Part shown: one piece after another, positions 1 through 24,004 of the stretch
Layout: every line of letters starts with the position of its first letter
Numbering within the stretch: position 1 is the first letter of the stretch
Assembly: GCA_963693365.1 (NCBI GenBank)
Contig: CAVNZM010000007.1
Coordinates: 6,569,962 to 6,633,961, forward strand
Direction of reading: 5' to 3'
Length of the DNA: 64,000 bases
Source: Amoebidium appalachense
Taxonomy: Eukaryota > Protista > Ichthyosporea
The notes under the pieces: generated by a model
Database searches by the model: none
The model's input: only the letters and a program-made list of their open reading frames with translations
What the model was told of the DNA's origin: nothing
Translations under genes and position numbers: made by a program

Positions 1-269
1 GGGGGGGGGGGGAGTAAGAGAGGGGAGGGAATGTTAGAGTGTCAGTAGTCTCAGGGGACCCTGCAGAGTCGTTAGATGTCAGACAAAAACGCACCAACGA
101 CCAAGTTCTCCGAGGGGAGAAATGCGTAAAACGTTCTGCAGAGTGGGTTAGAGACCTGCTGATGAGAAGAGTGTATACAGGGTTTGGCCAGGGGGGGGGG
201 GGGGGGGAAGGGGGGGGGGAAAAAGAAGGTAGGAGGGGAAGGGGGGGGGGGGGGGGGAGGAGAAGGGGG

Positions 270-303
<34 letters not shown>

Positions 304-340
304 GGGGGGGGGGAGGGAAGGGAGGGGAGGGAGGGAGGGG

Positions 341-389
<49 letters not shown>

Positions 390-935
390 CTGTGGTGGAC
401 AGATCAGAGACGAGACCTCCATTTCAAAACTTACCAGGCAACCCAAAAAACCTAGCCGGCTGAGAAAGAAGAACGGCGGGGGAATTGTTTGGGAAAAGGA
501 GCGGGGGGAGAGAGAGAGGGGGGGGGGGGGGGGGGGGGGGGAGGGGAAGGGGGGGGGGAGAGGGGGAGAGAGGGGGAGAGGGAGAGAGAGAGAGAGGGAG
601 GGAGAGAACGAGAGAGAACGAAAGAGAGCGAGAGAGGGAGACAGAGAGAGAGAGAGGGAGGGAGAGAGAGGGAGAGGGAGAGAGAGAGGGAGAGAGAGAG
701 GGAGGGGGGGGGGGGAGGGGGGGGGGGGGGGAGGTGTAGGGGCTGGTAGGGGGGGAGGGGGGGGGGGGGGGGGGGGGAACCGGGATAGAGTGGGGGACTA
801 GGGAGTGTTGATCTTTTTAGTGATGATGGAGAGTATGTGAGGGGGGGGGGGGGGGGGGGGGGAGGAGGGAGGGGGGAGGGAGGGGGTGGGTGGGTGGGTG
901 AGAAAATAGGAAGGGATGGGGGGAGGGGGGGGGGT

Positions 936-1114
936 TTGAATGCGGAACACGGTACGAAGTACGCATACACGACGAGAAGCATGGTGCAGGACACATGCAA
1001 AGGCAAACATTCAGGTATGCCACATCAGCCATGTGCACAGTATGTGTCATAAGCAGAGCCCATCCTCAGGGAGGACCCAAGTCATCAATTGCCTCTGAGT
1101 TTCGACCCCTTAGC

Positions 1115-1117
<3 letters not shown>
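936..1117 (-). repeat. Half copy (one arm) of the dispersed ~385-bp foldback element, inverted relative to the copies at 18.3 and 22.1 kb
   Basis: Reverse complement matches 18543-18724 almost base for base (GAATGCGGAACACGGTACGAAGTACGCATACACGACG...GAGTTTCGACCCCTTAGCCCG). Bounded by poly-G on both sides. Confidence 0.9.
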
Positions 1118-1151
<34 letters not shown>

Positions 1152-1174
1152 GGGGGAGGGTCGGGAACACACAC

Positions 1175-1397
1175 CCAGAATTTCGACTGAGCCGTGTGGT
1201 CGTGGAAGAATTCGAAGACATTGTTTAGCACGACAACATCGGCTGACTGGAGAAGTGACCCGTGATTAAGCATATCTCCTGCTATGACCTGTGTGTGTGG
1301 GATATATTTGTGAGGGTTTTATTATTTTATTATATATATATATATATCTCTGTGTGTGTGTGTGTGTGTGTGTGTGTATTGCAAACACACACGCGCG

Positions 1398-1456
<59 letters not shown>

Positions 1457-1572
1457 TTCTTCTGAATGATTTTTTTCAACCGATGGAGGTGTAAGTATGC
1501 ACGGCAGACTGAGGAAGCAATAGGAAAAAACTTAACGTGTTAGCCGTTATCAAGTGCATCCCATCCCCCCCT

Positions 1573-1605
<33 letters not shown>

Positions 1606-2948
1606 TCACCACCAGCACACACTCTTTTTCCCTGGCCAACACACCCACTCACCCACCCACTCTCACCTCTTTCTCCGGCCCACACACGCATGCACAAACT
1701 GATGCCCCCCCCCCCCCCCCCCTCCCCCCCTCCCCAACAAGTCTCCCCCCAACCGATCCTCAAACACGCGTCTTATTCCACCCTGCCCACTTCCCCCATT
1801 CCACCCACACCCACCCCACCACATATATTCACAAACCCCCACACCCCTACCCCCACCCATACCCACACACCGGCCCGTGCCACCCCTCCCCCTCCCCCCC
1901 CCCCCCCCCCCTCCCCCCCACATACCCACCCAGCCTCCTCCTCCCCCCCCCCCCCCCACCACCCTTCCCCCCTCCCCATCCACCCCCCTCTCCCCCACAC
2001 ACCCACACCCACACCCAGCCTCCTCGCCACCCCCCACCTTTCAGCCCTCCCCCCCCCCATCTCCCTCCTCCCCCTCCCCTTCCAACCCACCCACCTCTAT
2101 CCTGTCACCCATGTTGTGTTTCTGGACCATCTGCCGTGTGACGTCACACAGGTGGCCGTTGAGCTCTACCCCCGTCAGTTTACTGGCCTCGCTAAAGTGG
2201 TAGCCCTGCCGTGATTGGTCAACATCGGCCAATCAAACCTCCCATCACATTCACAGGTAGCCCAATCGGCAACAGCATAATTCCATATTAGCTACTGGGG
2301 GCTGGCCAGTTTACAAAACATACCATTCCCCCCCCCCCCCCCCCCCAAACCTCCTTGTTAGTAATCACACGTACAGGCGCCCACCCCCTCCCCCCAACCC
2401 CACACATTGTGTGCACACACACAGACACACACTTATGCACACGTGTGCACCAGGCTCCACACATACGGACAAGGATATGTACACTCCCGAGCACACACAC
2501 ACACACACACACAAGTACAAATTAACAAACACAAAGTACCAAAAAAAAAAAAAAACGACAAACACAATGCCACACACAAACGAAGCACCCACCCTAACAC
2601 TTACACACCCACACATCCACCCCCCCCCCCACACACAGCCAACCACCCCCACACCCGCCAACCCAACTACCCACCAACACAACCCCCCCCCCCCCCCCCT
2701 CCCCGCCCCGCCTCCACCTCTCCACCCCCCCCCCCCCCCCCCACACCCACCCCCTCCCAACCACCCACACACACACACACACACAACACCCATTTCCCAC
2801 CCACCCCATAGAGCACGGCACCGATGCGTGAGCCCACATCGACCACGTGTTTGCCGGTGAGGTCTGGAAGGGCCTTCTGGAAAATGAACTGCAGCTGCCC
2901 AACACTGGCAGAATGGGACACAAAGTCTGTGTGTGTGTGTACGTGTGT

Positions 2949-2996
<48 letters not shown>

Positions 2997-4430
2997 GTCA
3001 GCGCACGCGTGTGTGCTTCTTATGTGTGTGTGTGTGTTTGTGTGTGTCGGGAGAAGGAGGGGGGAGGGGGGAGAACGACGGAATAGGGTCGTGCATACAT
3101 AAATTAGGTCAGCACACAAACAACACAAAAGCACATACACAACCTACAACAACTTCTGGGCAGCAGGGACAGAAGCTTGCTTCCGCTGCCCAGAAAGACC
3201 TTCCCTCCCCCCCCCCCCCCCAATCAAAAAAAACAAAAAAACAAAAACAAAAACAAATATCAGCAATAAAACCTCCACTCCGTCCCCCCCCCCCCCCCCC
3301 CCCCCTCTCCCTCTCTTCTTCTCCCACACCACCACCACCACCCCACATCTCCCCCCCCTTCCCCCTCCCCCCCCCCCCCCCCCCCTCCCTGTCTTCTTCT
3401 CCCACACCACCACCACCACCCCACATCTCCCCCCCCCCCCTTCCCCCCCCTCCCCCCCCCCCCCCCCCCCCCCCAGCCTTCCGATCCGCCCCAGTGCCTC
3501 TACACTTTTTCTGGTTCTATGCAGCTGCATCCCCCCCCCCCCCCCTCCCTCAAAAACCCCTACCCTCTACCTACTCCCCCCCCCCCCCCCGCCCCTCCCC
3601 TCCCCGTGTGTGGACACAATCCACAACAAGCAAAGGGATACATACTCAACATTTTTGTGTTTTTCGACCCACAGTCCAGGCAGTATGCGCGTGACATTTT
3701 ACCCTCCTCCACCAATCGGTCGACCTCGTCGTCATCAAATAGAAACGAGTCCACGTGGATCGTGTTGGTGTCGTCGCTACCTGCATTCTGATTGGATGCT
3801 ATCTTTAGATTTTTGGAGCAAAAAATGAATTGGGCTGAGAAAGCTCTGTGGCGACACATGTCGTAAAGTGGTCCCCTGGTTTGGGTTCACTTCTGAAATA
3901 AATCGACGGCATTCCTACCATGACCGTGATGGCATCAACTTGCCTCCCCCCCCCCCCCCCCCCCCCCTCCCCCCCTCTCCCCCCCCCCCCCCCCCCCCCC
4001 TTCCCCCCATTCAACCCCAATCCCACCCTTTCTTTCCTTTTGTAAAAAAAAAGGAGAAAAAAAAAAGGCCACACACATCCCTCCTCCCTCCCTCACCCTC
4101 CCCCCCCCCCCCCCTCTTCCCCCCCCCCCTCTCCCCTTCAGTCAATGGTTCTCCCATTCTGCCCCCCCCCCCCCCCCCCCAATCCCCACTTCAACACATA
4201 GCAGCTCCCTCCCTCCCCTCCTTGGGCGCCCTGCCGGGTTCCCCTACCCCAGCATGGGAACAAGCCCCCCATCTACCTGGGAATATCTTATTAAACTTTG
4301 CCTTGCCCCACCACTCTTGATCTCTCTCTCTTTTCTTGTTAAGTTTAACAGGCTTGGGTCACCATGAAAGGGTGCCATAGAAGACAGAAGAGTATGTATG
4401 CGTGTGTAGGGAGAGGGGTTTTTTTTTTTT

Positions 4431-4461
<31 letters not shown>

Positions 4462-4596
4462 GGGGGGGAGAGGGGAGCGAAGGGGGAGGGGGAGTGGTCG
4501 AGGGGAGAGCACACCTCTCCTGTTTTTGGAACGAACGTTTTCTCCTGTGGAGCCATGGCATGTGTGGGAAGAGCCTGTCGAAGATCTGCAATAATG

Positions 4597-4654
<58 letters not shown>

Positions 4655-5226
4655 TGTGTGTTTGTGTGTGTGCGCGCGCATGTGTGCGCACGTGCAGCGA
4701 ATTCAGGCAGGCGGAGAGGGCGGAGGGTGAGCATGAAGAAATTTCGCCGACCCACGCTTGTTCATTATGGGCCTTCTATGTCGGCCAAAGTATATGAGAG
4801 AGTGACAGAGGTTGAGAGGGTGTGTATTATATGTCACGGGTAAGAGAGAGGCGCCTTTTCTTCTTTTATTTTCTCTTTTTCGTTTTTCTCTCTCTTATTA
4901 TTTTTCCTTCCCCTTTTCCTTTTCCTTTTATTTTTCCTTTTTTTTTTTTGTGACACGTGCGTGTGCGTGTTTTTTTTTCTTCTTTTCTTTCTTTTTTTTT
5001 TTTCTCTTTTTTTTGTGTGTGTGTGTGGGGGGGGGAGGGAGGGGGGGGGGGGGGGGGGGGGGGAGGGGGGGGAGAAGGGTGTGTAAAAAATTCATTTCCG
5101 GAAACTACATGCCTACATGCCTAGTCCTTATATGTGGTACAGTGCCATCCATCCATACCTTTCGATGGCTTGTATAGCGTCAGAGTCATCCTCCTCCCAT
5201 TCTGTGAGCCGTTGGCATGAGATCAG

Positions 5227-5299
<73 letters not shown>

Positions 5300-5777
5300 G
5301 CAGTAGGGTCAGTAGATCAGTACATACCAAAACAACCACACAAGCACACGTACTCTGGCAACCCCCTCTCCCCCACCCCCTCCCCCCCTCCAGCACATGC
5401 TTCCCCCTCTTCCTCCCTTCCCCCCCCCCCCCCCCTCCCCCCCCCCCCCCCCTGGCCGCCAAAAAACAAAACAAAATAAAATAAAATGACAATCGCACAG
5501 TAAAACCTAGCTCGAACCACTAAGAACATGATAATCATCCATTCTCAACCCCACCTAACAACCCCCCCCCCCCCCCCCCCCCCCCCGCCCCCGGCACACA
5601 CCAACGTACAACATAGCTATGCGTTCCCGCCTTTCCACATTGCCTACCTCCGTCCTTGTTCCCCCCCTCTGCTTCATCCACCACCTCGCGTGCCCACCGG
5701 CAAAATTCCTCCAAGTCGTGGCCTTGCAGCCGCTCCAGCGACTTCAGAAACGAAGTCTTGGCTGAATCCATGGCCAT
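1175..5777 (-). CDS. Uncharacterised class I SAM-dependent methyltransferase with a CxxC motif; 7 exons mapped, 3' end runs off the left edge of the window
   Basis: Phase-consistent GT-AG exons: 5777-5648, 5201-5159, 4596-4515, 3787-3646, 2926-2805, 2205-2095, 1288-1175. Joined protein: [33 protein letters not shown]...[46 protein letters not shown]...[19 protein letters not shown] (SAM motif I)...LTGVELN (acidic residue after beta2)...IEVIAGDM...[13 protein letters not shown]. No convincing terminal exon in 1-1174. Confidence 0.85.
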
Positions 5778-6519
5778 GGTGGCTGAACAAGATTATCGTA
5801 GGGCAGTGGTGGAAGATGGGGCCGCAATATTAGTCAAGGGGTACTTGAAATGTCAACGGGAAAATAGGTGTGATTGAGTCTGTTTGTTGTGTGTGGCGGT
5901 GTGCTCATACGTTTACGTGTCTGCAGCTGTGTGGATTGGTTCACCGTGCCTCTACCAGTCTACAAGTATTGAAGCACGTTTGCTCAATGCACGTGTTTTC
6001 TACAACAAATGTCTTTGGTAAGATGCACGTGGAGTGGATTCAGGAGGGCTGTGTTCCCAATAAACCAATACCAAAATAGCCTTTTCTGGAAGTATACGCA
6101 TTGATTTGGTTTGCAAATACTTTCTCCGGCGAGCAAATGGCACTCCTTTGCGCTGGCATAGGCTCAGACGCAAAGTTTGATTTTCGCTCAAAGCGGGATT
6201 CGAATTCAACTGTCGAGTGCCTATGCGCTTACGCATGTGCGTGGTAGATGGCCACAAAAACACTTTGTACAATAGCTAGGTGGCTATAATAATTATTCAG
6301 AGCCCAGGCCGGGCCACGCGTGGCTGTGGTGAAGGTAGGTGTTTCAATATTAAAGGTTGTAGGGGATGTTCCGAGGGAGTGGGATCATTCGATTCAATGG
6401 TGGTCGATGGCCTGAGGTCGATGGTACGGTGGTCACAACGTTAACACCGTGGTGGTTGTGGTTGGGTGGGGTGGGGTGAGGTACGTGGGTGGGTGGGTGG
6501 GTGGTGGTGGTGGTGGTGT

Positions 6520-6566
<47 letters not shown>

Positions 6567-6984
6567 TATCGGTATGGATCGAGTGGAGCTGGGTCCAGCT
6601 GCAACAGTTTTCAATTGCTCGGTTTGCATAGTCGGTCGAAGTTGCATACTTTATAGACGTTTAGTGTTGGAAGCGTGGTGGTACCCCAACGGTTACTAGA
6701 AAAATTTAAAGAAAAATTCAGCCTGGCCAGAACAGCTTCGTTTCATGGCATGCTACAGTAAGCTACAATAGCACTCCCGCTGCCCTGGATTCCAGGCACT
6801 AGATCTAGACTAAGTACTCCTGTTACAAGGTTTTTATTGATTTAGAACTAAGAAGCAAATTCAAAATCGTCAAAGCTCCGTGTCGTCTGCCACCCAGACA
6901 ACTATTAAACCAGTCTCAGCCATGTTATTAAAGGCTAAACCTTAACAATACTTCTAAAGCAGCATCTATTAAAGAAAACATTTT

Positions 6985-12005
<5,021 letters not shown>

Positions 12006-12400
12006 TTTTTTTTAATGTCAGTATTTCCGGAGATGTCCAAAACAGTGGACTTTTCCTGTGGCCTTGGAAACAAAAAAACTTTCAGTCAACCGTACTCGGC
12101 CAGTTCAACGAAATACCTTTTTCAAAGTGACCCTTTTGTGTTGACGGTTGAAGAACAACGTTATGATATGTATGTAAGGTGATTGGTGCCATTGTGTTTT
12201 TAAAAATTGCATTGTATAAAACGTGTAGTTGATTGGATACTATATTAAGAGCTCAAACTAGCCAGTAGCCGTAAAGTATTATCCAGTCATTCGGTTTTAT
12301 GTAAAGCTATATATGGCTAGAGATAGATCTGCAGTAATTTAATCTTGTACTTTATGACGTCATCTAATTGATTTGCCGAAATTTTGAAGCAAGGCTCTCC
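12006..12400. promoter_or_regulatory. Probable promoter region upstream of the FKBP gene
   Basis: Microsatellite-free AT-richer stretch directly upstream of the ATG at 12005, with two ATTGG (CCAAT on minus strand) motifs at ~12182 and ~12232. Positional inference only. Confidence 0.3.
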
Positions 12401-13898
12401 GAGCCGCCTCAAATGTCCCCAAAACTCAGTAGTGAAAGCAACTTAGCTAAAACGAGAGAAGTGTTGTTGCTTGTATTTTCGCCTTTTGCAGACCCAAAGG
12501 AACAAGGAAATCATAAGGGGAATTTCTAGCTCGCAGAAAGAATAAATAATGAGTGTAGACGCTTATAATTTAGGCCAGAGCACAGACTGGAGATGACCAA
12601 GTGTCTGAGGCTCCTCACGTAAGGTTGGGAAGGCCTAGTTGATGGGGGGTTAAGTAAGAGGAAAGATGTTCGCAGCTGAATGCTTGGGCTACCCCTATCC
12701 GCGTCGATCTACCTTACAGCTATCTTCCCGCGGCTGCGGGGGAACCCAGGCAGGGAGCTGGGAGGTGTTCAAAAAAGGGGCAGGTGGGGGAGAGGAGGGA
12801 AGGCCGAGGAGGGAGAGGGGGGGGGGGGGGGGGGGGGGAGGGGGGGGGGGGGGGGGGGGGGGGAGAGGGACTTAGGAATTGGTCTGGAGGTGCAGGGAAG
12901 GGTGGCCGAGAGAGAAGGCAAAGGCTTTTGGGGTTGGAGAGAGAGTGAGGAAACTTTGCAGAGTGTGTGCACCTGTGTGTGTGCTCATTGTGAACTTTGT
13001 GACATGTGTCTATGGGTAGACAAGAAAAGAGCGTGATGTGTTCCGGGTGTGACAGACGGGAGGAGAGAGTAGACCCGGTCAAGAGAATGAATGCACAGGC
13101 TGAGGGAGTGGGGTTGGGGCAAGAAACCCGGGGAGGGGTGCTGTTCAGCAGGGTAGGGGGTTGGGGGGGAGGAGGATAGATTCCGGTGAGTGGGGTTTTT
13201 TGGGGGGGGAGTGGGGGGTGGGGGGTGAGCGGAGGGGAGGGGGGGGGGGGGGGGGGGTGGGGGGGGAGAGGAGGGGGGTGAAGAGGGGAGGCGGGAAGTA
13301 GGCACATGCCCCCCTGGGGGGGGGGAGGGGGGGGGGGGGGGGGGGAGGGGGTTGCACAGAGTTGGAGGTGTTGGCTTTGGACGGAAAGTGAAGGGCCTGT
13401 AGTAAGGTATCAACCTCTCTTTCGGAGGCTCTCTCCCTCTCTCCAGCTCTGCTGAGTCCCCCCCCTTCCCCCCCCCCCCCCCCCCCCCCCTCTCAGGATC
13501 TCTCTCTCAGCTTCTCTCTCTCTTTCTCTCTCTCTCTCTCGCTCTCTCGCTCTCTCCCCCCCCCCCCCCCCCCCCCCCTCTCTCTCTCTCTGTCTCTTTC
13601 TCTCTCCTCTCTCTCTCAGAGCTCTTTCCCGTCTCCCCCTCCCCCCCCCCCCTCCCCCCTGCACCCACACATGCACTTCCGTCAACGTGCACATACACAT
13701 ATGCAAACACAACTACATGTACGAACACCGGGGCACCTGAACTCGTTTGAAAACTTGCAACGCACGAATACTGATACGGAGCGCAGACAGACACAAAAAC
13801 ACGCACCACACAAATTGAATCCATTCGCCGTGACCCATGTGCTCATTCACCCACAATCTCTCCGGGACCCCCCTCCTTCCTTCCCCCTTCTCCTCCGC

Positions 13899-13929
<31 letters not shown>

Positions 13930-14179
13930 TTTGGCTGCTTCTTCCTCCCCCCCCCCAGATTTGCACGTGCGGACGCATGCCAAGGCATGCACTCACACAT
14001 ACATACATGCTCTCACAGCACTCGATTGTGCACCGTCCAGACCCTGAACCCCCCCCCCCCCCCCCCCCCCCCCCCCGCTAACATGTTGTGTACTCTTACA
14101 GAGTATAACAGATCCTACCCCTCCACCCCCCTCCCCGGCAGCTCTCAAAAAACAAAGACACCATGCTTATGACCCCCTT

Positions 14180-14218
<39 letters not shown>

Positions 14219-14825
14219 CCCCCACACACATAAACACACACCGGCGCACATACACTTGGGGGCATTCCTCCCGGGCCTCCTTCGACCTTCTCTGAAGTTT
14301 TTCTATCGATCTGCCCTTTTCCCTTCCCAAACCTTCTAGGACTCCCTTTTCCCATTTTCCCTATATAGGCTAGCTCCGAGGGTGGTTTTTCTCTCAGACT
14401 GGGCCCCTCTCTATTCCTCTCCTCTACCTTTTTTACCGTCCCAGCCCTCGGTCTCCGCCATATAATCAAGTTCTACTAACCAGCCCCCCCCCCCCCCCCC
14501 CCCCCCCCCCCTTTCCCCCCAGAGTGATGCCGTGCGAGTCCACCGACAGACCACCTGGGCAACACTGTGCCGTACAGAATAACTTCACAAAACAGGGAAA
14601 GTTAGTCTTGGGATCACCAAATCATGTCATGTTATGATTCCATTGGGTGAGTTTATGTTAGCTGTAAGGCTCGGAAGTGTGTGGTGGTCTATGTAGAAAG
14701 TGCGCATAACACACACACACAAAGGCACACACACACTCGAGCGCGCGAGTGCTTGTGCACGCGCATACACGCACATGCTCGCCCGATCGCCCACATGCAT
14801 ACGCACAGGCACAGGCACAGGCACA

Positions 14826-14893
<68 letters not shown>

Positions 14894-16053
14894 ACCACAG
14901 ACCGCACCCCCGCACTCAAGCCCGCACGTACACTGCACGCACGTACACATACAAACACATCGGCATGCTGACACACAGAAACTCATACATGCTTGCACGG
15001 TAACACGTGTACAAGGGCACAAAAATACAACCGACACACGCCTCATCCCCATCACAAACAGAAACGCGAAACATTATACACGGTGCATGGTGCAGGTTGA
15101 CTAACACGGGGAGAGAAAAACAGACACACCACATTACTGAGCGCCCAGACCATATATTTGACTGTCAGCCATTATATGCGGATGGATGAACGGAAGCGGA
15201 GAAAATCGAACAGGGGAGCGAGCTGCCTATGTAGAGCAAACAGGATAATTTCCGAAGGAAAAAGTCAACCTAAATTTGGACTCTGAGCTGTAGATCCTGC
15301 CCAACATAATAGTGCCCCTATGTGCTATGCAAGCGTTTCTTTTAGTTATCCTATCTATTGATGAGCGCAAGATGTAGTTTATAGTGTAAAATGGTGGGGA
15401 ATGACTTGAAACATGAATGAACAGCTGTGCGCGGGTGTGTGTGTATTGCGTGTGTACAGTGTGAGCAATATTGCCTTTGTATTGGTGCTCGTCACTGCCC
15501 AACTTTCCGTTTCTAAAAATGCGTGTGAATCGTTAGCACAAACTTCAACCAGTAAACTATCAAAGAATGCGTAGGGTACATCGAAAAACTACATCTATAA
15601 AGGGCAGTTGAGGCTTTTGTCAAAGTGTGTGTCTCGATTTTTCCTGAGAGGCCGCTCAGGCTCCGGCCTCAGCCAGGGCCTTTGACAAATTCGTGTGATG
15701 AGCCGTAGGCCTGACAAGAGCTTTTTTAAAACCGTTAACTTATAAACTAAATTTATAAAGCTCATAACAAAAATGTAAATGCATAAGCCAATACCAATCT
15801 GCGAGGTTTTACTGACAAATCGCCGGGCACAGGGGATGAGAACAAGGACATTCGGCGCAGCTGCGGCAACAGTACAGAAGGTGCTTTGAAAAAGTGAACT
15901 TACCTTGATTTTTTCCAACCAGATTAGAAGGGTTGATATGCTCAAGGTAGTGCGTTGTGTCAGTTATATTCTAAGGTTTTCTTGCATTTGTTACGGTGCT
16001 TGACGTGTCGCCTTAGAACAAATTTTGCAAGGAATAGCTGGCAGGGTTTGGAA

Positions 16054-21235
<5,182 letters not shown>

Positions 21236-22027
21236 GGTGGAGGGTGGGTGGGTGCAATGCAACGTAACAGAGGTGTTGTGTGGGCATGTGTGTGTGTGAT
21301 GAGAGAAATAAGAGCACGAATGAAATTGACTGCGTGTGGTGTTGTGTGTGATGGCGGTGTTGGGGGGAGGGGGGGGGGGGGGGGGTGGGTAATGTGTATT
21401 TGGTGGGGGGAGGGGGGGGGGGGGGGGTGGAGGGGATTTAAGATGGACCAGTCCATGATCCGGCATTCAACTGGACCGATTATTTCCCTTCTTTTCTTCT
21501 TTTTTCTTACTCTTTTTATTTTAAGTTGATGTTTTTCTCTTCATAGTATTCAAAGTAAGATATGAAACATCTGCCGTGAGGGAATATTCCCCGCGCGACT
21601 CATATTTGTTTGGGACGAGTAATTGAGTGGCTCTGACATTAATACGGGTACTGAAGGATTGGTATAGCCTTTCGGACTTCCTTCTTGGAGTGTTTCGTTG
21701 CCCGTGTTTCCTTGAGCCCTATTTCCTCATATTCCCATCTTTACCCCGCCTTTTTTTGGCCGAAAATTACTAAGTATGGTAGACACTTGCTATGTTTTCC
21801 CAGAGAGATGGATCTTCGGGATATGTTTTTCTGCCTATGGCGATTGTAAATATTATGTAGGTTTACCTTCACTGTTTTTTGCCATTTTATGCCATTGCAG
21901 AACTACTCCAGGCAATGTTTTTCGCCTACCTCCTTGTTATAAACAGGTTAGAATGCTGTTGTTGATGGTGCTATTGCAATAAACCTGGATTCACGAATTT
22001 TACTGAATCGTCCGTGTGCAAAAACGC

Positions 22028-22030
<3 letters not shown>

Positions 22031-22103
<73 letters not shown>
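22031..22103. repeat. Poly-C tract (73 nt); G-quadruplex-capable on the minus strand
   Basis: Uninterrupted C run. Exact length may be an assembly artefact. Confidence 0.85.
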
Positions 22104-22104
<1 letters not shown>

Positions 22105-22116
22105 ACCGCTTTACTT

Positions 22117-22488
22117 CCATGCAACCGGGCATGGTTGCTCTGTGTCGTGCATCTGTAAGCACATACACATTTTCCGCTGCACTCCTTTAGTTTGCACACA
22201 CGTATTCACCGTTTTGCTCACCTTGCTTGCATAAGCAACCCTGCTCGTCTTTGATCAAGACGGGTTGACCCTCCAAAGTTCAGTTGATGCTGCTGTCTGA
22301 GTTGGAGAGTCGTATATACGCGGGCTAAGAGGTCGAAACTCAGACGCATTTGATGACTTGGGCCCTCCCTGAGGATGGGCTCTGCTTATGACGCATACTG
22401 TGCGCATGGCTGATGTTGCATACTTGAATGTTTGCCTTTGCATGTGTCCTTCGTGTATGCGTACTTCGTACCGTGTTCCGCATTCGAA
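22117..22488 (+). mobile_element. Second full copy of the ~385-bp foldback element (with an ~15-nt deletion)
   Basis: Aligns by eye with 18339-18724 along its whole length; followed by poly-C like the other copies. Confidence 0.8.
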
Positions 22489-23125
22489 CCCCCCCCCCCC
22501 CCCCCCCCTCCCCCCCCAACCTGCCCACAGAAAAGAACATTATAAATGAACGCGCGCGCACACACACACACACACATACACACACACACACACACGCACA
22601 AAAGTTCAATGGGGGATGAAAGGGCTGATAACATGATCGTGTAAGTATTCAAGTGTACTAATTGGTGTGCATACAGGCACGACAAAAAATTGTTTTGGTA
22701 TCATCGGCATGCGCATGCTTTCCAAAATTTATGAATTCACACATACCGCTCACACACATACACGTGCGCGCGCACACACATTACACACATGTGCACAAGA
22801 CCGTCCGTTTATTTTACACACACATGAATACACACTCGCGTGCGCATGCACTGGCACATGTGCACATGTGCACACACGCACACACACGCATGCACACGTG
22901 CACACACACGCGCACATGCACACGCGCGCACACACACACGCACGCACGCGCGCACACACAATTAGGCGCACACCTAAAAACATAAGCACATGCGCACGCA
23001 CATACAAGGAAACATACACACGTACACAAACCGACTCTCTCACTCATACACGTGTGTACACACACACACACACAAAGTCAGTTACACAGTCGCACACGCT
23101 CACAGTCACGCACACACACACGTAC

Positions 23126-23191
<66 letters not shown>

Positions 23192-24004
23192 ACACACACA
23201 CACACGCACACGCGCACACACGTGCACACACGCACGCACACACGCACGCACACACACACAAATCCATGGAACCAGCAAAGAAAACGAACGACTCGTACAA
23301 CTGTGATCGGCATGACATGATGAGGGGCCAGAATTCGAAAGCTTCTGCTCCAATCGATCGTTGCCGATTAGTTTTGGCGGGAAAAAGGCCTCATATCAGG
23401 CACGATAACTTCTCAGGCCCTTTGCTGATACGAGCTGGTAGTTGCTAGTGCGGCGCTGCCTTCCGGCAGCTCCTTCTAGGAACTTCTCAGGCCCTCTGCT
23501 GATATGAACTGTATCACTTGGAAAAAAGTACAGACCCATGGACAAGATCATGGCATGTTATTCGTTGAGAGCTCAGTTGTTGCCCCGTGCTTAGAGATTT
23601 TTAACTAGACACATAGTAACGAGATAGCAACCAACGTCTATAGCAGTCTTGTCCCCACACATCGCGCGACTAACATTTCCATATCATCCATCCGAATTGT
23701 AGCTAGGCAGACTCATCTTGTGCCATCATAGCCTTGTAGCTTCCAACACACTCTAATTATTCTATGCCTACAAGGCTTTTGATAACCAACACAAATTTAT
23801 ATGCTAGTTCTACGTCGTATGATACGTGCACGGAATCTTGTAACGTAGCCGTAACCAACATCAGCTGTATACTTGGACAGTACTTCACCTGTTTAATTCT
23901 CTGGGCAGATCCGGGTGCCAGATCTTATAAGCCGACGTGTGGATGCAAACCAAAAAAAAAAAAAACGTTAACGCGTGTGAATTAACTCCGACAATTCCTT
24001 CAAA

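Noticed and set aside
72-160. VSNPLCRTF...SDI* as the last methyltransferase exon
   Set aside because: No resemblance to the remaining Rossmann strands; the segment consists of duplicated branch/acceptor motifs, so the true exon is probably outside the window.
6180-6270. B-box-like TTCGAATCCC on the minus strand suggesting a tRNA
   Set aside because: No cloverleaf, acceptor stem or A-box could be built.
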